Both the position numbers and the translations under genes were made by a program. Under the pieces are notes generated by a model. The model was not told the origin of the DNA, searched no databases, and saw nothing but the letters and a program-made list of their open reading frames with translations. Below are positions 44,473-61,577 of a stretch of DNA of 64,000 nucleotides, piece by piece. The DNA comes from the human T2T-CHM13v2.0 reference genome, Homo sapiens, in NCBI RefSeq assembly GCF_009914755.1, contig NC_060930.1; one strand, written 5' to 3'. Each line of letters begins with the position of its first letter. The stretch's first letter is position 1.

Positions 44473-44914
44473 TGAATTGGGTTGAATAGCGTCCTCCCAA
44501 AATCATGTCCGCTCACAACCCTGGAATATGACCTTATTTGGAAATATGGTCTTTGCAGATGTAATTAGTTAAGGTGAAGTGATATACTGGATTAAGGGTG
44601 GACCCTAAGTCCAATAAGTGGTGTCCTTTTAAGAAAAACATCTGACACAGAGACACAGAGAAACACACAGGAAGGAAGGCGGTAGGAAGAGGGGCAGAAA
44701 CTCAAGTGATGCTACCGAAAGCCAAGAAATGCCTGGAGCCATCAGGAAGTGGAAGAGGCAAGGAAGAGTCTTTCCTGGAGCCTTCAGAGGGAGCACGGCC
44801 CTGCCAACTCCTTGATTTCAGACTTCTAGCCTCTAGAACTGTGAGAGAATACATTTCTGGATAAGCCACTCACTAAGCAGTAATTTGTTATGACAGCTCT
44901 GGGAAACTAATGCA
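44473..44914 (+). mobile_element. MLT1C-like LTR
   Basis: gggttgaatagcgtcc, gaccttatttggaaat, gaactgtgagagaatacatttc. Confidence 0.85.
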
Positions 44915-45261
44915 GATTTGTCTACTAACCAGTGCCAGTAGGACAATACTTCACTACCAGTCCACAATTAGATTAGTACAGGAAATGAGATTAAATGTTT
45001 AAGAACTTTTATAGCTGTTTGACAATGTGGTGATATCACACAAGCACATGATTTTGTGTTTTACAAAACATCAGTCTGTAATGGTTTGGAAATTTCTTTT
45101 AAAAAGTCTTCACCGAAGTTAGAGAAGCACTGCAAAGATAATTAGTATTTATAAAGTTAAAGCTGATGTACCATAATTAAGAAATCTACATTCAGAACTA
45201 TTTCAGAGAAGTGTAATTATGTTCCACGTAGCTTTAGTAGTAAAAACATTTTATTCTAATT

Positions 45262-45570
<309 letters not shown>

Positions 45571-47482
45571 TATTCTACGTCTTAGAATAATCTGTGAATG
45601 GTACACATGGTAGTTTGCTATTAATCATATTATTCGCTATTAATCATATTATTTGATTAGCCATAATTCACTTCCCAGACCATAATGGATCACTTGCTAC
45701 ACAGTGAAGGAACGTACCATGCCTTTGTTAGCCACAGAGACCTTAGCTGAACTTCGCAGAACATCTTCACAAAGACTGAGTGCTCAAATGTTGCACATAC
45801 AAAATGCAGTTGGGAGAAGCTGATGTATCTGAGATACTTCAATAGCAAAGAGTGATTGCAACTATATAAGTTACGATAGTGACAATAATGAGAAAGATGG
45901 CATCCTTCTTCAAGGAAGGCCAAATTGACAAAAAGCTGAGCAGACCTGGCTTCAGAAAAGAAACAGTCTAAGTAGAGAAAAGGAAATCCTGCATCAATGT
46001 GGGAAGTGATCTGATTTAAATATTTTCTTTCAGCAATTACAAGAAACACACAGGAACATGATTTAAACCAAAGGAAGAGCAATCATGTTTCCTTTAAAAT
46101 CAATGCTAATCACAACCACATATGCAATAGCCCCTAGGACCTTGGCTAGCCACAGACCAATGAATGAAAGCCACTTTTCCAAAGTAAGAACACAAAGCAT
46201 CAACAAGTAGCTCTTACTATTCTTCTGCTTAATCTCACTCACCCTTATTTTATCATGGGCTTGCTTCATATGTAGGGCAAAGGACAACTTAAAAATCATT
46301 ATTGTAAATCAACAAGCTATAAGTCACAGGAAGAAAGTAGAATGTCAACTGTTTGTCCTAGCTGCCGGGAGATCAGAGAGTAGGCTTTAAAAGGGTGCGA
46401 TTGTGGATTCCTGATTAGAACACACACTTCAGCGTAAAAGCACTTAGTTGTCATCACATGCCATACGTTTGAGTTTTTAAAATTTTCTGAGTTACCACAG
46501 AAACTAAGAGTCCAAGAAAATGAGAGATTCTTTAATAAAATGAAATGGCTGTTATGGGAATAGGTGGAGAAAAATATGTTGAAGCTGCAGATGTCCTACC
46601 CAGTAACAATTCCACAACCGTATTCAATTAAAAATTGTAAACCTTAAGCTATCATTGGATTGTAATGATTTCAACTGCACTGTGGAAATTACATTAGGTA
46701 GCATGTACCTTCATCCAATAATACCACTGACTCTTCATACCTAAACATTTTGTAGAACAATTTTTGGAAGAAACAGTGTCATGAGAGCTCATAATGCCTT
46801 TCATCTAAAATTATTTTTCAGAAATACTTAAATTCATGTCAGCCCATGACTCCTTGGAAATCCACTGCAACTAGATACTCTCTGTAGTAAGAATTAATTG
46901 AATGCTTGAGGACAGAAAAATGTGATGTTCCTTTTTGTTCTTACCCCTTCAATTTCACCAAATTTGCACCTACTATATAAAGGAATATCCCAAACACCAA
47001 GTTCAATATTAAAGACTGGTAGGTTTTAAGATGTCAAAATAAGGTTAAAATTGCAAAGCCTGGGTCTACAGAATCCACGTCTATACCTCATGAACAGACT
47101 TTGAGGACAAAGGAGCAATCCACAAAGCAAATAAGCCAGGACCACTTTATTTCCAAAACTTGAAAAGATGTCAAGAATTTCCCATCAACAGAATGACATA
47201 CACTGAAAGATATGAACAGAACAGTTCCAAGGAAATTCATCTCCCCCTCTACCCCCACCATTTCAACAATCACATAGACAAACACACTCTCACATGCCTA
47301 CATTAATTACATTGTAACAAGAGTTGGAAGAAAAATAGAGTTGACGGAAAAAATAAATGCCTAAAGAGAGAAAATACTCCTTGACTAATCAGGGAATGAC
47401 GACATATACTCATATAATCACCATCTTATAGTACTTAGGAAGTATTATAATCCATATGTGGCCAGAACAAGAAGTATGTTCT

Positions 47483-47712
<230 letters not shown>

Positions 47713-48130
47713 TAAAGCTTAAAGCAATAGAATCCTTTACCCTTTCTACTCCTTCTAACCCTTACATGAACAACTCCTTACATGAAAATTTCTCTACTAC
47801 TGCTGTAAACTATTCCTATATTTATTGAGTTGATTTTAAAAACCTTCTTTTAAACTTTTAGCTACTTTTGTCTATAACAAAACACACACAAAACACATTC
47901 AAACACAGAAATATCCTTTCTGTCTAGAAGAGAATTCCATCTCCCCAGCAGGAGGTCTTTCTTCCTGTTTGCAACAAAAAAGAACAATGACTTTTTCACT
48001 TTCATACTTACAAAACTCCCTCAAACTTTGATTTTTACTGGAATCAGCTCTGTGATTTAGACTCTGATGCTAAATGACAATCTTCCCCAAGTAGAACTTT
48101 GCCACCCAAATGGACACGAAGTCCCCTCAC

Positions 48131-48146
48131 CTTTCAGACAGAACAT
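48131..48146 (-). CDS. NHSL1: Coding part of alternative first exon, MFCLK + G (phase 1)
   Basis: agaATGTTCTGTCTGAAAG|GTGAGG; GC-rich upstream region with GC box and E-box; recalled isoform start MFCLKAVSNLDEE. Confidence 0.82.
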
Positions 48147-48520
48147 TCTGCAGCAGTTCCATGGAGGGGCTGTGCTCTGTGGTCTGATGAAGCCTGCAGT
48201 GCTAGGCACAGCTGTCTCCCAGCCCACCTCCTCAGCGCTCACTGCCAGAGAGCGGGGCGGCCAGCCAGCGCCTGTTACTCCAGGAAGCCACTGCCCAATC
48301 CCCAGCCTGCTGGGCTGTGCTGCTGACACCTCCCTATCTCTCCTGGGTTATTTCACACCATGGAATCAGCCTGCAATCATCTTGAAAGGGGAAAGGAGCC
48401 AGGGGTTAGCAGTCACCGTTCATATAGTCCAGTGCAGATCAGCCCAAGGGCGAGCCCATTTGTTTGTGCTTCTCTCTCAGCATTTTCCACCACAGCGGAT
48501 GCAGCTCTTCACGTGATCAA
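48147..48520 (-). promoter_or_regulatory. 5'UTR/promoter of the MFCLK exon
   Basis: Local GC rise, GC box GGGGCGG ~48254-48260, palindromic E-box TCACGTGA 48509-48516, repeat-free. Confidence 0.6.
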
Positions 48521-48806
48521 CAACACAAAAAAGAAATCACTCAATTCAGTTTAACCTTTTGCTATTAATTATGACTTACTATTCACTGACTTCATTATTC
48601 CTTTTCTGTTCACATGCTCCCCTTTTTTTTCTAATATAGAACACACCATATACTGGTACATAATTAACACTGCACATTATAATAGGAAACTTTGCACTCT
48701 GTTGTCTGAGTCTACGTAAATGAGTGAATATATGTGAAATGCTCTTTCAGTCCCAGACAAATCATAAGCACAAAGTAAGTGCTATCATTACTACTACATA
48801 CTGCTA

Positions 48807-49181
<375 letters not shown>

Positions 49182-49880
49182 TTACACTTCTATGGCAATG
49201 TCATTTTTTCAAATGAGGAAACAAATGCAGCATTAGAGTACGAGAATTTCTAACTGTACTGTGGCTGTGATCAGATCAGTACATTTCTTCCCCTCCACTG
49301 GAAAGCTAAATTCACTCTGGCAAGTTCAAGGTTACTTGACTGTGGACTCTCAAACACAGGTGGAAAGTGGCAGAAGGAATCTTATGACAGACCTGATGAG
49401 AAACAGTCCACAAATACTGCCTCAGGAGCACCCTGCTTGAAAAGTACCATCTGAACCCTAAGTGGCCCCGTGGTCCTTCCCCACAGAGACGTGAGTCTCC
49501 TGGCTCAGGAAGTGGCCATTGTTCACAGGACCCGTTGCTGTTTGCAGGTCTTCCTTTTGACTCCACAGGATGCAGGAAACTGACTCACAGAACCAATCTA
49601 TCTATCTGTCTGTGTCCTGGGGTGCTCACTGCCACACAGTAAGGATGCTCTATGTTCTTTTGGTTTTCAACATACGGTGCAGCATATCCCAGCTGGGTTT
49701 CTGCTCCCTGTCACCATGAATCACCAATAGCACCTGGGTAATAAATATGTTGTCTACCATAAGGAAGTCACTGTACTAGTTTCTATGATCACAAGAATAT
49801 ATAAGAGGTCTCTAGCCAGAAGCTAGTTAGGATTAAAAAAAAAAAAAAACTGCATGGGGAATGATGAACAGTGATATTAA

Positions 49881-50188
<308 letters not shown>

Positions 50189-50512
50189 TGATATTAACTC
50201 TTAGAACAGAATGGGAGGGAACCTCATAGCTCATTTCATTTGTGTAAACCATGAGGTGATTGATTCACCTAACAAACAAGATCAAAACCAGACCAGCTGA
50301 TTAGCCTCTTCCATCTCACCACGGGACTCTCTCCATGGCTGATCTGAGTTATTCTCTGTCCTCTCCTGTTCTGAGTAGTCTCTCCCGTGTAATTTACGAA
50401 TTACAGAGGTATTCCTGAAAATATTTTCATGGGTTACATTTAACTTTTCAAATTGTACAGAGAGAGAAAGGAACTCCTACCTTAGAGACTTAAGACTTTT
50501 GAAAACAGGCTA

Positions 50513-50787
50513 ATGAGACCGAGTCTCACTCTGGCTGGAGTGCAGTGGCACGATCTTGGCTCACTGCAACCCCCACCTCCTGAGTTCAAGCAATTCGCTG
50601 CCTCAGCCTCCCAAGTAGCTGGGACTACAGGTGCCCGCCACCATGCCCGGCTAATTTTTTTTTGTATTTGTAGTACAGACAGGGTTTCACCATCTTGGCC
50701 AGGCTGGTCTTGAACTCCTGACCTCGTGATCCACCCACCTCAGCCTCCCAAAATGCTGGGATTACAGGCGTGAGCCACTGCACCTGG
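50513..50787 (-). mobile_element. AluS lacking tail
   Basis: Antisense dimer with no poly(T). Confidence 0.88.
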
Positions 50788-50894
50788 CAGTTTAAGCCTT
50801 TTTAAATAGAGATGACTTTATATGCTGGAAAGTATAGTGGACTGAAAAGTAAAGAGAATCTCATTCCAGTCATATCTATATGACTATCTAGTTC

Positions 50895-51105
50895 AAGTCT
50901 GTCCAACCTGTGGCCCACATGCAGCCCAGGACAGCTTTGAATGTGACCCAACACAAATTTGTAAACTTTCTGAAACATTATGAGATTGTTTTGCAATTTT
51001 TAAGTTCATCAGCTATCATTACGGTTGGTGTATTTTATGTGTGGCCCAAGACAATCCTTCTCCTTCCAATGTGGCCCCAGGGAAGCCAAAAGATTGGATG
51101 CCCTA
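50895..51105 (-). mobile_element. MER30 (hAT-Charlie)
   Basis: cccaacacaaatttgtaaactttc…gggaagccaaaagattgga. Confidence 0.85.
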
Positions 51106-51437
51106 ATAGTTAGTCTCACAGCAGTTCATGGCCTCTAAATGTGAGGACTGAATAGAACAAGGGGACTAAATTAACTCTAAGGTTCCATCTTAACTCAATA
51201 ATTTTTTATTTTTGGTATGAATACACACACATACTATTAGGTACATTATGTCAGGTCACAGGAAAAGAATCTTTGCCTTCTTGTGGTTTAGTGCAAGAGA
51301 TGAGTGGAATAAATATAATTCAGTGTGGTAAGTCACATAACAGAAGAATACACAAAATTAATAATGATCAATGGTAGTTCTTGCCTACTGCCATCTCATT
51401 AAGCTACTCTCCTAAAGTTAAAGCATATATAATTTAA

Positions 51438-52172
<735 letters not shown>

Positions 52173-52463
52173 ATTTAGCAAGGTAATAATTACGTGAGAT
52201 GGGCATGATTTGTTTTTCTTTTAAATCGTCTTCAATTTATGTTTACATAGGCTTAAAACCTATTTTTTCCATACCCTTGTACTTACTGCAGCAAAATGTT
52301 ATAGCACTTCTAAACAGCACACATACCAACCTCTATTAAATTGCTGAAATTATAGGTATCACTATCTGAAAACTTCACAGCATTAACCTCGAGCAATGAC
52401 AACAAAAGGGGTTTTTCTTAATGTCAAATATAAAGTTATCATATTAAAAAAAAATCCCTTGTG

Positions 52464-52829
<366 letters not shown>

Positions 52830-53458
52830 TCAAACTAGGAAAAAATAAGAACTATCCATTGAAATTATGATTGTCTGACACCATTGATCATTGCTACTGA
52901 GACTGAAAAATAAATACCTAGGAAGCTTTGTGAAAGGGAGTAGGTCCAAGATGATGCACACTCACAGGATTTGTAGTCCTCTGGACAGCACAAAGGTCTG
53001 GCCTTTGCCAACCATGACCTTAGGGCGGCAACCACTTCTCTCCCTTGTAGGATTACAACATCCAGCATCATGTTAAAGTTTAACATTATTATCTCTACAA
53101 GAGGGAGTGGTATCCACACATGCAGCCAAAAATATTTAGATAATTATGTCTTCAAAACCATTCCAGTGTGATTTCACTTGTGTGCTACCAGTTTAATTTT
53201 GATTTCCATAAAATAGTGGGGATGAGAATAAATTAGAAATTAGTTTGCATAATACACAGAATTAGTGCGTCTAGATCAGCTCAAAATTTGACTTCATTCC
53301 TGGCAAAACACAAAACAAAATTATACAAGCAAAACAGGCAAACCATATCTCCTCCCTATGTATCCTCTTACTCTTGCCAAAAAGCCCAGATAAAGATGGA
53401 AAAATCCTTCTCCATACCCATTCACAAGTCTGTTTCACCTCAACTGCAAAGTACAGTA

Positions 53459-53787
53459 CAGTAGTCCTCTCTTATCCGAGGTTTTGCTTTCAGTACTTTC
53501 AGTTACCCCTGGTCAACTGAGGTCCAAAAATATTAAAACAGAGAGAGATATCAAGACAGAGGGAAAGAGACCACATTTATATTAATTTTATTACAGCATA
53601 CTGTTATAATTTTTCTATTTTGTTATAGTTATGTTGTTAATCTCTTACTGTGCCTAATTCATAAACTATCATAGGTATGGATGTATAAGAAAAATATAGT
53701 ATATATAGGGTTTGGTACTATGTGTGGTTTAAGGCATCCACTGGGTGATCTTCGAACGTATCCCCCAAGGATAAGGTGGGGCTACTG
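53459..53787 (+). mobile_element. MER44A
   Basis: TA-CAGTAG…CTACTG-TA, intact TIRs. Confidence 0.88.
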
Positions 53788-54643
53788 TATTCAGACAGGC
53801 AATGCTTATTTTCATAGCCATATCTCTAGACATGCTTTTAAAGCATGAGAAGCTTGTGGAGTTGGAGGAGACTGAAGACATATTTCCCATCACAGTGCTT
53901 TCCATTTCCCCCTGGATGCAAGAGATTGGAGATGCTGAAACCCTCTGACACTTTTAAGATGACAATGACCAGGTTAAGCCAATTCCCTAGAGAAGAATCC
54001 ACTCTGGTGGCACTTATGACCATGACTAACACATTTTACCCAAGTTTTAATCATTCTCCACTCCCCTACTATTCTACAATACTTCTAGTTTCACCAGTAT
54101 TCTGAATCTCTCAGACAAGAGATTTAATCTGGGTTTTTCTATATATTTATTACTACCTCAGGCACAACAGAAAGAAGAAAAAAATTATAGCATTATAACT
54201 TTAAACTGGCTAATTTCACTGTCTCCCTGGCTCACCAGGGAAACTGATTTAAAACCAGTCTCCATTTTAGTGCCTTCAGTCCATCCAGCTCTGTAGGCAG
54301 GGGAATATGGAACGCGGGTTTTTGCTCTGGACACTGCCTCTCACCAACATCATCCGAGCCTGTATCCTGTTTGAGTTTACTCCACTCCAGAGCCAGGCCT
54401 GACCTACTGAGTCCCAAGGGCAACCTTCATCCTCTTTGCATTTTCTTTTAGGAAACAGCTGAATCCTGGGGTATTTTGTGCTGGACTCAAACTAACCATG
54501 GAGCAGTAAGGCAACTACACAAATGCTTCATGGAGGCTCTTCAATGGCCTCTGGCCTTGGGTAGACACATTCACATCACTGTATTTCCTCCCTGAATCAT
54601 GGGAGCTCTGCTCTAATTCGCCATTTAAAAATATACCCTCCTG

Positions 54644-54981
<338 letters not shown>

Positions 54982-57769
54982 TCAACTTTTTTTTCCTTCA
55001 TAGCCAAGCCTAGGTCTCTTGACATCAGTCAAGAAAGTAGCCCTCATTTGGCTCCTTTTCATGAAATTTGTGCCTTCACTCATGGCACCCTAGCTGGCTC
55101 TCCTAACACTCAAAGTGTTAGATTTTTCTCTTTTTTTGTAAGAACCTTTAGGTCCTTCTGGTTTCATCTTCCCAGGGAAGGTAAAGATGAGTTTCCAAGT
55201 TGACCTGGGCTCTTGGCTTAGATAACCTTCCAGCCTCTTTCGGTTGCCCTTAGCTGTGGCAAGCTGCCTTGACTTCCACTGCTGTCCACTGAGCTCCAGT
55301 CTGTAACTCCACTCATTTCCTCAGAAGCACAGTGACACCTCATGAGCAACAGTGCAGAAAGGAGATTTTATTATGGAACCTTGTGCCATTTATCCAGCCC
55401 TGATGTCGCTTCAAAGCATAGTGCCTATGGCTGAGATGTTTCTTTGAGACAGAGTACTCCTTGGTACCTTTGTAGTTGATATTTTTTCTTTCGAAATCTG
55501 ACCTTTTAATCCACCTTCACACCTATTACATCTTTCCAAAAGAACTCCAATTGCACCATCCTTTCCCTCCAGAGGAAAAAAAAAATCACGTTTCTACTTA
55601 TGTAAAAAACACAAGATAAGGATAAATCCTAAATTCCTCATGTAGCAAATAAAGGCCTGTCTGGACTTGTACTCAGTATTTTTTTCCAAACTATTCTGGA
55701 TGTATCCCATTAAGTGACCCCCTTGGTAAGCTCTGCGTCATATTCCATAGGGTCTTGTACCTCTATTGTCTTGAATCAGGCTATTGCCTCCTTTGTCTGG
55801 AATGCAGCCCTTACCCCCATACTCTGCTTTTTACTTCTCTAAAGCCTCATCTAACCATGCTCCTCTCCAGTAGCAGGATCAATCTCAAGCTTGCACCATG
55901 TCCCATGGCACTTCATTCACGTGGCTGGCATGGTATTACAATTCTGCCCACCCAACGTGAGTGATCCTTAAAGCAGCAACTTGCTCATTCACACTTAACT
56001 TCTGGTACTTTTCAGGGTGCTGGAACATGATAGGTGATCCATGTTTGTTGCACAGATATGTAAAGCAGAATTATTATTACTTTGCTATTTCATCCAAAAG
56101 CAAATCATTAGTGGAAAGTATATAAAACCTAGATAAGACACATAACCACCAGCATAGATTCCTATGAAAAGTCATATTTTCCTTACAATTAAATAGATGT
56201 ATTTTCCCTACACATGACGGTATTAAAACTCATTATTAAATGAAAAGTCAGTGATCATTTATAGTTAAACTTTATGGTGAAATCTTTATAAACTATCATT
56301 TCCTTAAAGGATTAATAATCTGAAAGAGTCTCATTTACAAACACACAAACACAGATACCATTCTCTCTCCAGGCAACTTCACCACAACAAACTCAGAAAG
56401 CAGTTTTTCCTACTCTCATTCTGCCTGAATTAAATATTTGAAGGATGATGGAAGTGAAAAAGGAAGAAAAATATTTTCTGGAAATATCTCTTACAAAAGA
56501 ATTAACACCAGTATGTCCAGATGGAGGGAGGATACCGAAAGATGTCATAATAATGTCCCCAAATTCCCTTTCTTAGTAAACTTATAAGGAACTGTATTAT
56601 AGGAGAGAAAAACAAAACCACTGGAGTCTAAATTGTTTTCTCTTTGCCATTGCCACTATGCCTAACATATGTGTATTATATTTCAGAGGGTTTAGGTTAA
56701 AGCACATAAAAATAACCTCATAGGAAAGATACAACAGTAGGTCCTTTCACGTTGTGTATTTCTTCAACGTGCTCCCTGATAAACTGACTTGCAATGTATA
56801 CAGATCAACGGGACCCTCCACCCACCAAAAAAAGTCATTTGTGTCATTTTCTCCTAAGCATCTGAGTAATCTGAGGAAGTAAAAACCATAACCAACCTTC
56901 AACTACAGAAACAGGTGCAACTTCTCCACCCACAAAATCAAGAATTATTCAAGTTCATGTACCAATCAACCAGGCGGACCACAGTTCTGCCACAATATAT
57001 GTGTTAATAAAACATAACCAGAGAGCGTAACTGGACTATAATTACTTTTAATCATCAAACAAAAAGATAAAATTCCAGAAGACATACTAAGATATTAAGA
57101 GCAAGGTACGCCAAGGTAAATGTCCAGGCTTCTGGTAACTTCTGCATAGATAATTGAATACATTATTCTAATATTTAATTTCTTTAAGGCCTACTTGTTT
57201 AAAATATTGTGTTTTGAAACCAACTAAGTATTTGAAAAACTCAAAGCTCTGTAAAGAACTATGGAATTTCTATAAAAAGGTAGTTTACTTCTGAAATTCA
57301 CCACATTCACCAACTTTTGTCCCCCTTTAACCTTAGTGACAACGTTTCAAGGAAGAAGCTAATAATTTCCCTTTCAACTGCCAAGGCTTCTGAGTCGTGA
57401 GGCAGTTTGAAACTTCAGGAATAGTGAGTTACTTCAGGACCCATAGGATTTACAACAATAATGGTTTGAGGAAACCACAGCATTTAGGCTCCTTCAGTCT
57501 TTTTCCCTGTCTTTAAGAGTTTAAAAATAAGCAAGAAAATGATTCTTCAAATCGGCAGACCATCTTCAGGGGTGGAGTCTTGCCACGGTGCATAATAATC
57601 CCAGAGTTACAAGATCCACAGAGCACGGTGCGGCCCACAAAAACAGCTCTTCTGACCCTCCTCTTGATCATGCCGAACATGATCTGAGCCTTTTCCTTTT
57701 TGATTTTTGTTTTACCTCTCTCTTTCTCTTTCTCTCTAGCTTAAAGTCAGTAAAGTTCTAGTAGAAGTA

Positions 57770-58320
57770 ACTTACCATTTTGTTCATGGTAATGGCTGGG
57801 ATTTCCTTTGCGTTCTATTTCTATTTAATGCATCTTTGTAAACTCAGCTATTAACTATAATAAGTCTACAGCCACTCAAGAGGGAAAAAGTTCCAAGTCA
57901 AAAATAGAATGCTAAGTTTAAAGTTTTAAAATGCTTCTATTGCTTTCGAGGCAGGTGTGCTTCTGACAGCTCTATTAAGTTACTCAACTGTCTCTAGGGA
58001 CTTCAGTTCCTAACAAAGAAAGGCTGCAGCCTGGTGCCCTTGGGTTGGTTTTTTGTTTTTGTTTTCTTTTTCCTCTTTCATTCTTTGAAAACTGAATGAA
58101 TTCTGTTCTTGTGCGGAATAAAAGTGACATGAGAAAGCCTGTTTTCAGGACTGGCGTTCTTCCTCTTTTGTCTTTGCTATGGTAAGTTGCTTATCTTCTG
58201 CATATCTGCTTAGAAAACTTTCTGTGTGATACAGAGTGACTCAGACGCTTCCAAAACCTGCTCTGTAAGGTCAGAAAAGGAATTTGTCACTTGACCCTCA
58301 CAGGGCAGTCAGGAATGTCA
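57770..58320. promoter_or_regulatory. Putative enhancer/promoter (AP-1, TEAD-like, MEF2-like sites)
   Basis: TGACTCA 58237-58243, AGGAATGT ~58311, A/T-rich AAAATAG motif, repeat-free; consensus donor at 57775. Confidence 0.4.
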
Positions 58321-59324
58321 AAATTAAAGAGACTAACAGAAAGGAACACACTCTCAATACCTTAAGAGGGGACAAAGGAATGTAAGGACATAGCCTCACT
58401 GGGCCCTGTTGGGTACAGGCCTTGAGCAAGCTAACTCACTTTTCTGCATCCTCCCTTCTTAGCTGCCAAACAAGGGATCAGACAGGGTATCTCGGAGGTT
58501 CCTTCCAGCCCTGACACGTTAGTTAGCCTTGTTGTTAAGCTAACTCTACTTGGATCCCTTCACATGTCCAATTTAAAGACTGTGTACATATATTTACTAA
58601 AATGCTTCAAATGGCACCGAGAGAAGAAAATGTGTGGTCATTGCTTCAATAAGAGCTCTCTCTAAATAATTACTAAAGTTGATTTCTCTCATTAGGTAAA
58701 CACAAAAGTCAGAATTCTTTGAGTTTTCATTTCATTAGAAAAGAAAGACATCTTTAAAACTATCATCATCTCTGATATTTTACAACCAAAATAGAGAGTA
58801 ACTATGTAAAGTACCAAAAGCTTTTCCTATCAGGAGTGAGACTCTTCTGTCAATTCTTCAATGTTTAGAGAATGACAGAAGGAATAACAATGCTTCTGTC
58901 ATTGTTATTGTCATTGTCATTGTAGAAAAATAACTATTTTTCTTTTCTCTGAGCCCCATTTCTTGAGTCACAGAATTTTCTGTAATCTCTATTTTCAATT
59001 AATTCAGGTTGCATTTAAACATTTTTGTAGGTCTCCTATGTGCAAATCAAAATACTCATTGAGCAAACACTGTGGATCTAGGATGCAAAATGGGGATTAT
59101 AGCATTTCAACACAAACTAGTAAAAAGTCATGTGAATTCTCTGCACTGGGATATTAGTGGTTCATTAACAAATTCATGGAAAACCAGAGGGTCAGATCAG
59201 CTTTTTCAGCCACATTTTATATCATTCCCATTCGCATTAATGAGGCTCAAATATCGTTTAAAGTATTTGGCCAAAAATGTTTAGTAGAGTAGAAGTGGTT
59301 TTAAATAATTGAAATACGTCTTAC

Positions 59325-59373
59325 CTTCACTATTTCTTGACTTTTTAAATATAGAGGATACAAACAAGAACAT
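59325..59373 (-). CDS. NHSL1: Candidate first coding exon, MFLFVSSIFKKSRNSE + G (phase 1)
   Basis: 49 nt open, strong donor AAG|GTAAGA; weak Kozak (ttcATGT). Confidence 0.25.
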
Positions 59374-60611
59374 GAAATAGAAATCTGGGGGATGCAATTT
59401 CAACCAAATGAAAAATGAGTAAATAAACTTGGTGTCTACATATCAGATGGAGAAAAGAGAGTGACAATCAACAAGTAATTAGAGAAAGTGGTTAATGGTG
59501 AAATCAAGGTTTAAAAGCATACTTGCTTAGTAAGTGAAACAAAGCAGTAGATGATAATCCTCCTTGAAAACTCGGAGTGATTTTTACAGGAGTGATTAAA
59601 ATGTAATGTTTACAGAAAACACTGGGATGGCCAAATACAGTCACCGGTCCATGATGTTAACACAAACATGTACTTTATTCCACCGTACCAAAACGAAAAG
59701 CCAACAGAAGATAAACATGTAAAAAACATAGTTACATATTAGAGTAACATCCACTTATCAACGGATCATTTTGCTGACAAATTCAACCACTCAAAATATG
59801 GCAAAGAAGAAATCAAAATGGCCTCCCACCAGACAGCACTGCCCACAGGATTGTGGCTCGGGATCTCATGCATCTTCCAGTCAATACTGTTGCAATACAC
59901 TGGGTTACCCAGACCCCCCCACACAAGGTAACACAGGAGCAACACCAAGCCAAAGAGTGGTGGGGACTACCAGAGACAGGTGCAAGTACACTGTCGAAAG
60001 AGAAAGGCTTCCAGCAAAAGTGAAATACAAAACAGTCACTGGAAGTTAAAGAACACTGCAGAGATCCATTTCATGCCAAAGCAAAGATCTCTACAATATT
60101 CAGCGGCCATCAGGGCATCACCAGGTCCAATGACTAGTCACAGTGACACCAGGGCATTAAAACGAGGTTAAATTGTACTCTTTGATTGAGCAGAGTTGTT
60201 GAAGTGTCATGAAGAGTGTGGGACTAAGTCACGAGAAGTGGATTCAAATCCAGTCTATACCAATTATCTCTATGGCTTCAGGCAAGTCTTAATATTGCAG
60301 GAACTGCTTGCTCACAACAAAAAGGGGCAATGCCACCTGTCCTGCCACTCCCACAGAACTATCCTTACGATGAAAAAAGACCATGCATGACTACTGCACA
60401 AACCATGACCTGTAAACAGGCTCTGGGTGTAGACTATACTTTAGAAAGATGTTCATTAAAAAATATTTTCAATTGTTTTAGAATTCTGAAAGATGAACGA
60501 GGCAAGCTTCTGTTATATGGAACTACAAATAAGTAAAAGGCATACTTCTCTAGTATTTTATACAAGTTAATATCTAGTCTATATGATCACAATTTAGAAA
60601 AGTATCTCTAA

Positions 60612-61224
<613 letters not shown>

Positions 61225-61269
61225 CCAGTTACCAGTTTTTACAGTAACTGTTTCAAAAAAAACACTACA

Positions 61270-61577
61270 GCCAGGCAGTGGCTCACGCCTATATTCCCAG
61301 CACTTTGGGAGGCTGAAGTGGGAAAATCACTTGAGGCTAAGAGTGAAGACCAGCCTGGGCAACATAGCAAGACCCCTTCTCTACAAAAAAACAAAATAAA
61401 ATAAATTAGCCAGGCATGGCGGCAGGCCCCTGTAGTCCCAGCTAACTTGGGAGGCTGAGGCAGGAGAATTCCTTAAGCCCTAGAGTTCAGGTTACAATAA
61501 CCTATGAGTGCACCACTGCACTCCAGCCTGGACGACAGAGGGAGACTCTATCTCTTTAAAAAGAAAAAAAAAAAAAG
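61270..61577 (+). mobile_element. AluJ
   Basis: Dimer with poly(A). Confidence 0.9.

Noticed and set aside
45618-45655. Short tandem duplication gctattaatcatattatt x2 (similar case at 32693-32726)
   Set aside because: Ordinary slippage duplication; not CRISPR-like, no spacers.
48067-48516. 149-aa plus-strand ORF
   Set aside because: Antisense to a GC-rich NHSL1 promoter where stops are depleted; no recognisable homology.
57513-57680. 55-aa ORF MFGMIKRR…FLNS
   Set aside because: Single-exon, no recognisable homology, length within chance expectation.
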